This document shows, piece by piece, positions 50,311-63,568 of a stretch of 64,000 nucleotides of DNA. Numbering within the stretch: position 1 is the first letter of the stretch; each line of letters opens with the position of its first letter. Where the stretch lies: assembly GCF_006345805.1 (NCBI RefSeq), contig NC_043016.1, positions 12,586,001 to 12,650,000 on the forward strand, read 5' to 3'. Under the pieces are notes generated by a model, which was given only the letters and a program-made list of their open reading frames with translations, was not told where the DNA came from and did not search any database. The stretch comes from Octopus sinensis. Its lineage: Eukaryota. The translations under genes and the position numbers were made by a program.

Positions 50311-52398
50311 TGTTTGTATCATCTGCTTGCATATATTATCATTTTTTTCCTTCTTCCACTAATAATCTTAAATAGTAGTATAAATTAGTTGAACCTCGTC
50401 ACTGAGTATTTTACTAGCAATCTCTAAGTGTAGATTGCAAAGAAAATTTCCATAAAGAAATTTGATTCCTGGCACTGGAGTTATGGGTTGCCTTCTACAG
50501 TGCAGCACATTGGGAAAATGTCTTCTACCATAATTTCTGGTTGGCTAATACCTTCTAAGTAGAATTTCATTCATGGAAACTGTACATATCCTTTTACCAC
50601 CATATCTGCTGTCTTTGCAGATATTCCTACCTTTATTAAATGTGGGGTAGCCATCATATAGAAAGACACATGCTTGTTTCTGTATTGTAATTTAGTCTCC
50701 GAACACTTAGCATAAAGCCATCTCCTCCTTTCTTATATATCCTCCTTTCAGTCGAAGAGCTATTTCTTTTCCCTTTCCTTGACTTGCAAGTACTTAGCCT
50801 CAGTAATGTTGGTGGTATCAAAAAAAAGCACCAAGTACACAATGTTAAAGTTGACAGTGGAACTCAGTGTAGTATTGCATTTCATTAGATCCTGTTAAGC
50901 TGTTCAGCCTATTCCAGCATGAAAAACTGACATTAAATGATAATGATGATATATTTTTGGTGATGTATATTGGCAAAGGATATAAATATTGTCTAGAAAA
51001 CCAATAGGATTCAGAGTAAAAAATACTGTGGGTTGTTCGAATTGCCCAAACACTAATTTACAATATAAGATATAGAAAATAAATGTTCCTTAATGTGTAG
51101 GAACTGGGGTGGATTTATTCACTCCTGATTATGCTGCTTTATAAGTTATGTGTGTGTAATGATTTTTAATGTTCAGTTTTTCCATCCTGGCTCAGGTTGG
51201 AAAAGACTTACTGAGATAATATTCTCTGGCTGAATACTCTTTCTAACTCTAATTCTTGGTTTCAATTAAGGTGTTTCATTTCATGCCTTTGCAACACTGA
51301 GCTACTGAGCCGTGCAACCAAAGATATGAGGAGACACACACACACACACACGGAGGCACACATACAAGAAGCTATACATACATATATACATGCATGCATG
51401 ACCATAGGCTACTGTAGAAAACATTTGCCCAAGTGCTCAAAACCTTGTGTTTGCAAAGCAAACCTCCTGACCGCACAGAAAGTTAGGTTTGCAACCTTGT
51501 AACTCCAGAATTGACCATGCTGCATGACACCATCTTTTCTATCAATATGTTAAGAAAATATGTCACATATTTTCATACAAAGGCATAAGGGATACAGTTA
51601 TTTGAACCTTTTGCAGACTTGTGATAGATGCGTCTTGCTACTACTCAATAGGATCTATTATACTTTGATATGTTTAGGGAATAGTAAAATGAGTTAGTGA
51701 TTAACTGCTTAAAATCAAAAGTGTTGTGAAAACAAGAGTGGAGTCTTTCTGAAAGATGAAAATTTAAGAACCATCTAAGTTTATACATCCATTCTATAAG
51801 TTTATATTTTAAATACAGATGGGGAATTCATGAAATGTACACAAGTGTGAACGGGTGAGGAAAGGTATATAGATTTAAGAGTTCTCTGTTTTTCTGAAAT
51901 ATATTGGTTTCTTGTTTGATGAATTATATATATATATCAGGTTTTTTTTTTATTTCTTAGTTTTATTTGAAATTTAGTTTCTATTAATACTGTTAATATA
52001 AACGTGTGTCTGGACAATACTGTGGTGTATATATGCATGTAAATTCTGGATGTAAAAATTTGCTTTGTATCAAGTTAGTTTCTTCCCTTTATGATTTATT
52101 TGTCTGTTCTTAGAGTTTCTTTTGTAAAATAAAATTTGCAAATTTGGTTTAAGTTTTTGTGTTGTAAGAAATTAAGAATCTGATTGTTTTAAAGCAAAAT
52201 CTCTTTGTAGTGGGAGGATTTCAAAAAAGGCGAAATTGTTATCAGGAATTTAATAAGCTTGTGAAAATGGGCGGATGAAGAAAGATTGGGTAACTTAGGA
52301 ATAAAGGATGCTAATGGGGTTTCAAATTCCAGAATTTCACTGAATTTCATGGAGATGTGAAAACATGTTTTTGGGGTGAATTCCTAAATTTATCTTCA

Positions 52399-52432
<34 letters not shown>

Positions 52433-54479
52433 TTGTTTTCATATTCTGTAGATAATTGTGAGAGTCTAAATTTTATTTCAAATTCAAATGTTCTTAATGA
52501 CATATGTTCACAATTACAAAAATATTAGAAATATCTTCGGTTATCATTTAAGTAAATACATAGACCTGTTCTCAGATAGCTTGCTTCAAAAATTATGAAA
52601 ATGACTATCACTACTATTTAATTTATATTTGATATCCTTCCATGCTGGCAAAGAAAAAAATCATGATATTCCAATAATACTATTTCATAATATTATTATT
52701 CTGTGATTTTGGAGGATTTGGTGCAAATGATGGTAACATTTTTTTTTTCTTTCAAAACACACTTTAGCTGATATTCTAATTCATTTGTCTTCAACTGAAA
52801 AACAGACGAAAGTCAAAAAAAGCAACAAGCAATATTTTGTGGTTCAGTCAGTCGGAAATTTATTCCTATAAATTTAACAAAAGGATCGTCGTTAATACAA
52901 AATTGTGCATTTTCTTGTAATGTTGTAGATCCGTTTTCAAAACTTTGAGATTTATTTTATGTCGTCTTTGCATAATCCTTTAAGCAACTGAATATAAAGA
53001 ATGAAACAAAAACAAGTTCAAGAACACTAAGCAAATTTCAGGACAAACTGGTGGGTTGGTGGGAGGGGTTATACAGATACTGCTTCTTTTTCTTTTTCCT
53101 TTTAAGAAGTTACACACACACACACAGATTCATACATATACAATTATTTATGACTAGCTCCTGTTTTTGTTTTTCTTCTTTTTTTTTCATGTTTTTCATG
53201 CATATTACATTTGTCATTTAAACATTTTTTTTTATACACTGAATATTGTGTGCAAGTGTGTTTCCCTAATTGGTATTTGTCATGGGTCTTCTTACAGAGT
53301 TCTAAAAATGTTTAAGTTTATGTTTTGATTGATTGTTTGTTTGTATTTATCTGTGTTCTTCAATTTTTAATTTAATTTTTTCTTTCTTTTGCACGATAAT
53401 AAGATTGATTAATCTAATTTCAAAAACAAGCTTACTGGCATTAACTAGAATACATTATCATTTCACTTTCAGGGTTTAATAATATTTCATCGTTTAGAAT
53501 TGATAAATTATTTGATGGAATTTTTCATTATATTTTACACAACATGTGTAATTTTATTTTTAAGTGCTTTGAAAAGTTTTTTTTCCTTTCAGATAGTTTT
53601 TCTTTTTCCTTCTTGATATTAATTCAAATTAGATTCTTTATTACATCATACTTTAAAGTGGGAGAAAAATTCTACGATTCAATCATTAAATTGGAATAAG
53701 TACTTAACGATATTGATACATTTTAGGAAAAATATTTGACAAAGTTCATTAACTAGTGAAGTATAAAATTTAGTGGGGGGAAAATCTGATCTTATGAATT
53801 TGATGACTTTACAATTTTATTTTAGTCGAGATATTAATGTTAGGTATACATACAGTGCTTATATGTGTGTGTGTGTATGGTATAATTATTATATATCTAC
53901 ATATAGTTATACATCACGTTTATATATATATATAGCAATAAGAAAATGGAGGGGATCAATAGGTGGTTCATCAACTTTTAGACATTATATTATGTCAACT
54001 TATTTATTTATACCTATATATGCATGTGTATATAAATGAATATACTAGGTGTGTGTATGTATGCATGTATATATAATATATATTCCGTTATGGTGTATCA
54101 GCTGGCTGACTGAAATAAATTAAAAGCATATTGTGTATGTGTATATTGAACTGTTACCAAAGGCCACTTTGACTTACATATTTTTTGAAGTTGATAGAAT
54201 AATTACGGCTGTTGATATAATTGACTATAAAGAAGATGGCACCACAGACAAGTGGGTGGCAGAAATCAGCAAGGGGAATATAAGACTATATAATTTGTGT
54301 GTGTGTCTGTAATTGAAACAACAGAATCTGAAGAAACTAGGGAAATTCTCTGTCGGCAACTAGTGCAAAATGTTTGCAAAGTGGAATTATCTTTTTGTGA
54401 ATAAACGAGAAAAGTGTAACTGTTTCGGGGCAGGGTCCCTTGACTGATGTAGAGTCCCACCTGTAATATTAGGCTCCTC

Positions 54480-54534
<55 letters not shown>

Positions 54535-54782
54535 GCAGCCAAATTAGTATTATTGTTATTATTTTTTTTCTATTTTACAAACTACATATAAGTTTGGGTG
54601 AGTAAAAACAAAGTCATGTATATACATATATATTTCTGCGAGAGAAATTCTAGAAGAAAAGAACACTTTTCTTCTCTTCTGTTGAAAAAAAAAAAAAAAA
54701 AAAACCTCTTTCTTTCTTTTAATTTTTTTTTTGTTGCCATTCTGTTGCCCACGTTTTGCCTATAGGTTCTCATTCTCCACAG

Positions 54783-54856
54783 CCTAACCATGTTGGGATC
54801 ATCAATGTGAATTTCTCTCCTCGCAAACTTATTGAAAAGAAAGCAGAGTTTGTAAG
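54783..54856 (+). CDS. BCKDK: BCKDK coding exon 7 (gene continues beyond the window)
   Basis: CCACAG acceptor, PNHVGIINVNFSPRKLIEKKAEFV(R), GTAAGA donor. Matches [25 protein letters not shown]; 74 nt, ends phase 2. I found no GHKL ATP-binding-domain exons before 64000. Confidence 0.92.
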
Positions 54857-55894
54857 GTAAGATATAAAACTGCATCCACCGGGACACTGTTAGGTTTCAC
54901 AACTTAAATGCTATGATTATATACATATGTATTTTTTTTTTTTAATTGTTCTGACTCTGGCTGATTTTTATTTATTGATATTTTTGCTTTTTATTTACTT
55001 TTTAGGTGTGGTTAGATATGTGTATTTAAGTGTGTGTGTGTGTTAGCTTTAAAGTGTTTTTGTTTGTTGTTTTTCCTGACTTGGTTAATTTAGTTAAGGA
55101 ATATTTTTAAGATTTGCCCAATATTTATTGCGTGTATATGTATGTGTGTGTGTACGTGTGTTTTATTACATGAACTGCAATTACAATAATAATTCTTCTG
55201 ATATTCAGATGCTCTCTCTCTCTCTCTCTCTCTTTGTTTGTTTGTCTGTCTGTCTCTTTCTCTCTCTCTCTCTCTTGAACTAAACTATTATCATTTAGGA
55301 CTAATTTTTAAACAAATACAAAATGAAAATATAATAATGATCTTTTAGCTTAGAAATTAAGCGTGGCAAAGAAAAGACGGGGCTTGTGCCCAAGGATGTT
55401 TAAACTTTTAAATTAATGTTGTAATATCAAAGGAATAAGACGTATTTATTTGACATAGCATTTCTGAGGATTTAATAAATACCTGGTATTGAGGAAAAGA
55501 TTGTACTTTGTTGTCAGAAATAATGTGTGCTATTACTCTTGATAAAAGCATGGAAGTATCCACTCTGGAATGCTATATTATATAAAAGCTATATTATATA
55601 TAGTCAAAACTATATTATATGACTGAAACAAAGGAAAAAAATTAAGTGATTGTGATAAGAAGGAAACATGAAGAGATTAGGCAAAAGATAGCTTAGCCAT
55701 TCACTTCTATGCCCTGTTTTTCTACACTTGGCATAGCTTATGTAGCTTTGGTGACTGCTTATTAGAGGCATTATTTTGTGGCTGGATGCTTTTCTGGTCA
55801 ACGACCTTTACCTGTTTTTCAATTTAGGGATGTTGATTCTCTTGTTTGCACAAAGCACAAAGTTTCACAATATATTGTTTTATAGGTGATTTAA

Positions 55895-56096
55895 CCCTTT
55901 AATATTTAATCTGGACATATCAGGCTCAGTTATTCTATTTGCTTTATGTTCAAACTGGCCGAATCTGGCTTCACATTGTCATTCTAAAAATAAGCAATCA
56001 CATCGAAATCTCAATGCTACAAGATAATGCATGATTACTTAAAATCAATGTGAATAAACAAGCAATACATTTGATAATAATCTGAATGCTAAGGGG
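55895..56096. mobile_element. piggyBac-type MITE, second family
   Basis: TTAA|CCCTTT ... AAGGGG|TTAA. Related partial copies at about 40790-40892, 45716-45874 and 63880-64000. Confidence 0.7.
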
Positions 56097-57647
56097 TTAA
56101 GTGTGACATCGTTTTGTTCAAAATATGTCATGCAGATGCGCATATATGATGGGCTTAATCTAATTTTCAATTACCAGTTCCACTCACAGTGTATTGTTTA
56201 ATCTAAGGGTACAGTAGAGAATATTACCCAAGGTGCCACACAGATAGAATCTGAAACCATATCCTCACAACCATTCACACGCTTAAGTAATATAATTACG
56301 GTTATAAAGTCGGTAAAGATTTTAGGATTGTCCAAGTAGTTATCTTGATTGAAATTTTCAATAATAGTTTTATCCTGCAACCACACTATTCTACTATTAG
56401 CATTGTTGTATTGGAATTAATGCAATTTGTTATATCCTCTCCACCTGCAGAAACACTCATTTGTCTGACTGAAAGCAAATTATTAATGCATAATGCAAGG
56501 GCAATGCATCATCATCATCATCGTTTAACGTCCTCCTTTCATGATGGCATGGGTTGGACAGTTTGAGGGGAACTGACCAGTCAGAAGACTGCACCACACT
56601 TCTGTGACTGTTTTGGCCTGGTTTTTACGGCTGGATGCTCTTCCTAACACCAACCACCTCACAGTGTGGACTGAGTGCTTTTTACTTGGCACCAGCACAG
56701 GCTAGGCCAGTTTTGGCATGGTTTTTACAGCTGGATGCCTTTCCAAATGTCAACCACTTTACAGTGTGGACTGGATACTTTTAATGTGACACCATGTAGT
56801 AAAGGGTAAAATTATAGAAAACTTACTAATTAATTAAATAATGAAGTTGAGAGAGAGAGAGAGATACAGGATACATTTTAGAAAGATACCACGTGTTGTT
56901 TTACAATGACTTAGAATTACAGGCCTTTTTTTGTGTGCGTTTGTGTGAGAATTGGCAAAAAGCAACTTTAGATTTGTTGACCAAAAGAAATCCTAATAAG
57001 ATCCTGTATTTTGTAGTTTAGCAGATTGAATGAATAGTTTATGAAAAGTTGAGTATAATCTAAGGAGTTGTAGTAGAGTCTGGCTTTAAAATGTGATGCT
57101 TTTCAAATGCTTTGATGTTGACTCAAGAAAAATGTAAAGTATTGCATACACTTCCAGTCTGTACCAACAAAAGAAAAGTAGATATTAATTTGAATAAAAA
57201 CAATCATAATAATACCAAAGGTTTATAAAAGTATTGATTCAAGATGCATGACAAAATATTAATCATGGTATTTCAATTCTTATTTTAATATGTCTAACAG
57301 AAACAGAATTGCTTAAATCTAAATATTAACACTTTTATTCACTTTTATTCACTTATCTCTGTTGAAATTCACTGACTTCATTTTAATTTATTTTGAAAGT
57401 AATGAAGAATTTAGTAAAGTAAATCTATCATTATTAAGCTGGTGTTTGGAACATAAATTAACATGGAATTTTGATGGAAGGGTTTAGTTCAGATCACTCT
57501 GAAACAGAAATTTTTTTATCATAGAACCAGGAGTGATCTCAGGCAGGCTGGAATCAAAAGAGTTAAAGACCAATATATAGCTGTTTTATTTGTGGAATGG
57601 TTGTAAGGAATATCCTCTCTCACTGGATGTGTGTGTGTGTATGTATG

Positions 57648-57691
<44 letters not shown>

Positions 57692-57880
57692 ACACACATA
57701 CACATGCTTCTCTCAGACTATTCTTTCCCTTATAAAGAATTATGCTTGAAATGTCATGCCCCCTTTTTTATCCATCATAAACTGCGCGCCAACCTAATAC
57801 ATTCACTGTGTACGTCTTTTTGAATTTTATTCTTTTTTATTTTTTATTTGGCTATATACACACACACACACAAACACATA

Positions 57881-58742
57881 CAGGGTGCAGTGAATAAATT
57901 GTCGTCTAAATTATGCAAAATTGAAAATAACACTGACATCTCATTTTTACAGATATAATTTATCAAAATTACATAAAAATATCTTGAAATACTAAAGAGT
58001 AGATTTATTCAATAAAATCGCCATTGGCTTCAACCACAGCCTCCAGGTGACTTCAGAATCTCCTGCAACACTTCTGGACGGTCTCCTTGTTTAAGTTTAT
58101 GATTGCTGCCATAATCCTTGCCTTTGGTTCATCTTTGGTGTTACAAGGAGTTTTGTTGGTCTCTTGCTCAACTGTGCCCCACGCATAATAATGAAGGTGT
58201 TTGCAGTCTGGGGAGATAGGTGGTCAGATGTTAGGGGTGATGTGGTCACAGCTATGACTTTGTTCTCTTGCTTGTTGTGGCATGGTGCAGAGTCCTGTTG
58301 CCAGACATAGGGCCTTCCAGCAGCCACCCTCTTGATCCAGAGTAACACTACCTCGTTCATGCCCTTGATGCAGGCCTCCGTCTTGAGTCTGAGGCCATGT
58401 GGGAAGGTGAACGGAGGCATAACATCCCCATCACTAGTGATCACTCCAAACATCATGGTGTTGACTGGATGTTTGATTTTTTATCACTCTCGGTACGTGT
58501 CTTCAGATTGACACCAAAACACTCTGAAGTGTTCATATTGGAGCTTCCGGTGCAAATGCCAAAAAGTACAACATGTCATTTCCAAATTTCTGGCAGAGTG
58601 AATTGTGCCATGGTGCTGTTTTTCTTACAGACAGTGCTCAGCTGACCCTACCATACTGTGTAGTCAACAAAATCAAAAGCAAATAATGCACTTGCACGAA
58701 ATTAAAAATATAAAATGGCGTCAATTTACCCATTGCACCCTC
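57881..58742 (-). mobile_element. Internally deleted maT/mariner-like transposon, different subfamily
   Basis: TIRs CAGGGTGCAGTGAATAAATTG ... CAATTTACCCATTGCACCCT. ORF 58097-58456 has MMFGVITSDG...YVWQQDSAPCH transposase motifs. Confidence 0.82.
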
Positions 58743-58752
58743 TGTGTGTATG

Positions 58753-58795
<43 letters not shown>

Positions 58796-59399
58796 CCATA
58801 CATAATTTTCTATCAAAATTTCCTTGTATGTATTTTTTAACAAATTTTGGCTTTCTATTACATTTCTATCATCACCACTTGCTTTCTTTTTTCTCTTCTT
58901 CAGACATTTGTTCTCATTCCTCATGGTGGTGGTGGGGGGGGGGTCAAAATAAAAAAATCTGTATTCTTTTTTTCATCATTTTCATATAAACTACAAAATT
59001 CTATTAACAAAATATATACATGTTATAGGATTTTTAAAAAAGTTTTCAATAATTGATGTTTTTAATTCTTGTTCAGAATCATCTTATTGTACATACATTT
59101 TCATACACACACACATACACAGTGAGTTTTCTGCTGTTTATCTGTCTATCCAAATCCATCATAAGGTACTTGTTGACCCAGAGCTACAGTAAAAGACATT
59201 TACTCAAATGTGGTTGTGGTGCAAGTAAATTTGCTTATTTATGTAATGGGTCTTTGTGAACGTAAACAGTGTGAATTCATAACCTGATTTCTATTGTTAT
59301 TCGGTCAAAGACACACTTGGTCGATCATCAGTTCTTTGTTTATCCAGAACTACACCTTACATTGGTGGCTACTTTTAGCAGCCCTTTTGCCCATCTCTA

Positions 59400-60165
59400 T
59401 GGCTTTCTGTTCAGGTTTTTGCCCTATGCTTGTGTCATAGGAAAGGTACACACATCTCAAAAATTGTTGAGAAAGCCGAGAGTGTCTTAGCATCACTCAG
59501 TAAGACCTTTGTCAGCCACTCTCCAGCCATCTATTTAAAGCTGTATATGATTGTGGTATGTCCACGCTTAAAATTTGCATCACCAGTCTGGAACCCCTAT
59601 TTTGCTTAGCTTATCAATCTCCTGGAAACTGTTGAGAAATGTGCAACAAGACGAATACCTGTCATCAGGCATCTACCATATTCTTAATGCCTTGCTTCTC
59701 TGCACAATGGATGCATTAAAGCTCTGACATCTGGCAACTAACTTGGTAGACGCCCACAAGGTTATCCAATAACAACCTTGGGCACCTTATTGAATTCCAT
59801 ATATAATACATGTGGACATGCTTACAAAATCCAAAAGTTGCACCCATGACTTTCGAACACATTTTCTCATGCTCTGAATTGCTGAATAAACTACCCACAT
59901 CATCCGTTAGCTGTCGGGACACTACATCCTTCAAAACTGCCATGCTTCCTGATGTTTGCTAGCAATACACCTGATGCCCCCCCCCCACTCACCCACCTCC
60001 CTCCTTTTTTTGTTATTGGCTCATTCACTGTTCACTTCCTGTGCATTATTTTATGTACTGTTCATGCACTTTTGGCCACATTTTTTTCTTTTTCCGATGA
60101 GTTGTAGTGCACCTGAGCACTGCATATGTTCATTATATTATATCAATTGTGCTCTTCTCTGTATA
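59400..60165 (+). mobile_element. Degenerate CR1/L2-group LINE 3' fragment
   Basis: Frameshifted translation LKLYMIVVCPRLKFASPVWNPY...VEKCATRRIP...TCGHAYKI...NKLP...TSFK resembles the CR1 ORF2 C-terminus (LY..LVRP.LEYA..VW.P; TRGH..KL; WN.LP; SFK). Confidence 0.68.
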
Positions 60166-60306
60166 ATTTAACCCTTTTGTTATCACATTTCTATTGAAAA
60201 CTCATTATTAAGCTGGGGTTTGGAACAAAAGAGATGCACGAAATTTTATTGGAAGCTTTATTTAGATATCTGCATATCTAAGTGTGTGTGCATATATATA
60301 CACATA

Positions 60307-61423
60307 CAGGGTCTTTTAAATAAATTGAGACAGTTTTTACAATGCATAAAACTAAATAATGGTAGTAGACAGGATATAAATTTAATGTAACATTTATTAC
60401 AACAAAAACATTTATCACACTAAACAGCCGTCCTTTTGGGCAATTACTGCCTCCATGTGAGAATGAAATTTTTTGCATGTTGCATGCATGATGCAGATCT
60501 TCAAACTGTTGACACTCAAATGAGGTAAAGCATTGGTCCTTGCTTGAAATATGTTCTGTAAAAAGTTATTGTGAAGGTTTAAATCTGGGCTATTACTGGG
60601 CCAGATGTTGGCCCTCATGAACAATGACACCTTCTCACCAAAGAAGGCTTGTGTTATTTTTGACCCATGGCATGGTGCAGAATCCTGGATAAGAACCCCC
60701 CATTGTCAAGCCCAAACTTCTGTTCAATCTGAGGTAACAGAGAGTTCTTCATGATGTCCAGATACTCCTTTGTGCCAATCTTGAAACCAGACTGAATGAA
60801 GTGTGAATCCATGACCCTTCCATCACTCACCACAGCTCCAAATACTATCACTGAGGCAGGATTCTTAGTCTCAAACACAGCGGGATATCAGAAGGATTTC
60901 TGCGATACACCTCAGTGTCCATGGTGAACTTCTCATCCTCAAACATGAGAGTTTTTCCTGCTCTTTGATGCTTGATGAATGACAGAAGCTTTGGGCATCT
61001 TTCGGCTGATTGCTTTGGCTTTAGTTGTTAGGAGTTGACCACATCATCAAATATAGCTAGTCATGCTAAGGTTCTTGTTCACAGCTCTGGACACAGTGGA
61101 TAGGGACACATTGTGTAGATTCAATTGAGCGTTTGGGGCCAGCAAGAAACTTTGGATTGCGCCTGCTTTCTTTTCTGTCAATCTTTCCTCTCTTTTTTAT
61201 ATACACAATAAACTGTTGCTTTTGAAAGTTTCAGCAACTTAACTATTTTATTGGCAGTGTGCCTGGCTCATGCCAAAACAACAATGGGGGAATGATCCTG
61301 TTGTTCCATGACTTTCTGTTGTCAAATCAGTTGGCTATTTACCTGAAAAATAAAAAGGATTAGATTTTCAAGCAAGCAGGCTCAACTACTTAAAATTGGT
61401 CTCAATTTATCTGCAAGACACTG
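60307..61423 (-). mobile_element. Second copy of the same DD37D (maT) family, inverted relative to 273-1501
   Basis: Same TIRs. Minus strand reads MFETKNPASVIVFGAVVSDG and IQDSAPCHGSKITQAFFGEKVSLFMRANIWPSNSPDLNLHN, with 37 residues between the QD aspartate and the last catalytic position (D in copy 1). Confidence 0.88.
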
Positions 61424-61459
61424 TGTATATATATCTATATGCATATGTATAAGTGTGTG

Positions 61460-61504
<45 letters not shown>

Positions 61505-61525
61505 TATCTTTAAGTGTGTGTGTGT

Positions 61526-61912
61526 TATCTCTACAAAGTTTCTATAGAAAGTTTGTAGAGATAATACACACACACACTGAAAGTTACGTTTCATATCTGA
61601 ATACATCTATGTAAACAATGTAATCAGAGATAGAAAAATAGTTGATGAGTGTATATGCATATTTCAGGAATTCTTGTTCTTTCTTCAGTACCACATCCAA
61701 CCCATTAACCATCCACAAACACTGCTAGTGTGTTCATGGATGGTGAATGAGTTGGACATGGTGTTGAAGAGAGTGTAATGATTCCTGAAATATGCATATA
61801 AACCCATGAACTATTTTTCTACCTTTATTTGCATTGTTTACATAGACATATTCAGATATAAAATGTAACTTTCAATGCATGCTCTGGTTTCTACAGAGAA
61901 CCTGTAGAGATA
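61526..61912. repeat. Diverged foldback inverted repeat, about 140+ bp arms
   Basis: GAAAGTTAC...ATATGCATATTTCAGGAAT...ACCATCCA pairs with TGGATGGT...ATTCCTGAAATATGCATAT...GTAACTTTC. Ends TTATCTCTACA/TGTAGAGATAA. Confidence 0.88.
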
Positions 61913-62321
61913 ATTTTAAAAAGTGACTGAATTGCACTGCTAACACAGGTGGGACACAGCATTGACATATCAACCTTTAATTTAATTAGTGGTATATTTT
62001 GGTTGCATAACAAAATACAGTGTCTCTACCAGAAATGTATGTTTATGCATATATGCGTATCATCATTTAACATCCGCTTTCCATGCTGGCATGGGTTGGA
62101 CAGTTTGACTGAGGGCTGGCAAACCAGATGGCTGCACCAGGCTCCAATCTTGATCTAGCTGGAGTTTCTACAGCTGGATGCCCTTCCCAACACCAACCAC
62201 TCCGAGAGTGTAGTGGATGTTTTTACATGCCACCGGCATGGGGGGCAGTACTGGCAAAAACCTCGCTCGAATCTTTTTACACATGCCACCAGCACAGGTC
62301 ATATGTATGTGTATATGTGCG

Positions 62322-62352
<31 letters not shown>

Positions 62353-62392
62353 GATAATGATACATACACACACACCTATATATATATTTATA

Positions 62393-62643
62393 CAGGTGTT
62401 GCCAAAAGTTTGCAAAATAAAAAAAATTTTAATTATGCCCATGTACAATTCAATTCAAATATATAGAACATAGAGATATTCTTACCCAATAACTGATCGC
62501 ATGGTTCAATATCCTTTAATTGAACCATTGGATCAGTTATTAGGTAATCATACCTGTGTTGTGTATATTTGAATCAAATTGTACTTGGGCATAACAATTT
62601 GAATTTTTTTTTTTTTAATGTTCCAAGCTTTTAGCCACAACTG
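62393..62643. mobile_element. Tc1-like foldback MITE
   Basis: TA|CAGGTGTTGCCAAAAGTTTG ... CAAGCTTTTAGCCACAACTG. The arms pair imperfectly almost to the centre (TGGTTCAAT/ATTGAACCA). Confidence 0.78.
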
Positions 62644-63134
62644 TTCGTATAAAAATATTTTATATGATTATCCAGTATTTTTTTTTTTTTTTGGTTGAAT
62701 AAATTTTCAAGACCACTTGTTTACTATCTTCTTGGGGTCCATCAAACCAGGTGAACAATGGCCATGCTGGAAAGTTGCCATCCACTTTTATCTGTACTAA
62801 ACATGAAAAGTACACATGAAAATATTTTAATTACTATTGATGTATTTTATAACTTTTTTAAAATCTTATTCAGCAATTGCATATTGATCATCTGAAAGAT
62901 ATTGATCATTGTGTCTCCCATTTAACTGACGCTTAAGCGAAAATGTGCATAAGATTTGTCGAGCAGCTGGTTGGAGTAAATATATTTTATTAAAAACAAG
63001 AAAATAAAATCAATTGTAATAAGTTTAGGTAGCAGCTCTTCATAACATGCATTTGCTGATATTTCAGAAATCAACTGAAATTGGTTTTGCATGAGCATGC
63101 ATTTCTAAACCTTTTGTCCTTTTGTACAAGTGTG

Positions 63135-63202
<68 letters not shown>

Positions 63203-63203
63203 C

Positions 63204-63490
63204 GAAAGAAGGTTTGAAAATGCAATTTAAAAGATGTTTATTTACTTTACCGGTTTCACTCTTTGGAAAAAGATTGTCAAAAGTAACATGTAGAAGTTTG
63301 GTTGCGTTAATTATTGGTTGTTGCAAATTGCTACATTACATATATACAGTCTTTGGTGACAGGGACATGGCAACAACCAATGATTAACGCAACCAAACTT
63401 CTATATGTTACTTTTGACAATCTTTTTCCAAAGAGTGAAACCGGTAAAGTAAATAAGCATCTTTTAAATTGCATTTTCAAACCTTCTTTC
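63204..63490. repeat. Near-perfect foldback, 121 bp arms, 45 nt spacer
   Basis: 63204-63324 versus 63370-63490 shows 3 mismatches by eye. Pairing resumes beyond a (TA)n expansion (about 63125-63145 with 63491-63510). Confidence 0.95.
63408..63452 (+). ncRNA. Minimal type I hammerhead-ribozyme-like motif (Penelope type); mirror copy at 63242-63286 (-)
   Basis: Stem I TTACTT/AAGTAA; core TTGACAA; stem II TCTTT-TTCC-AAAGA plus GT; GAAA; palindromic A-CCGG-T; putative cleavage triplet GTA. Activity unknown. Confidence 0.5.
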
Positions 63491-63533
63491 ATATATAATT
63501 CCACTTGTGCAGTACCCCACAACTCCACTTTGT

Positions 63534-63568
<35 letters not shown>

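Noticed and set aside
63105-63562. Two similar ORFs on opposite strands (QQP.INATKLL...)
   Set aside because: A consequence of the inverted repeat, running into TA microsatellite.
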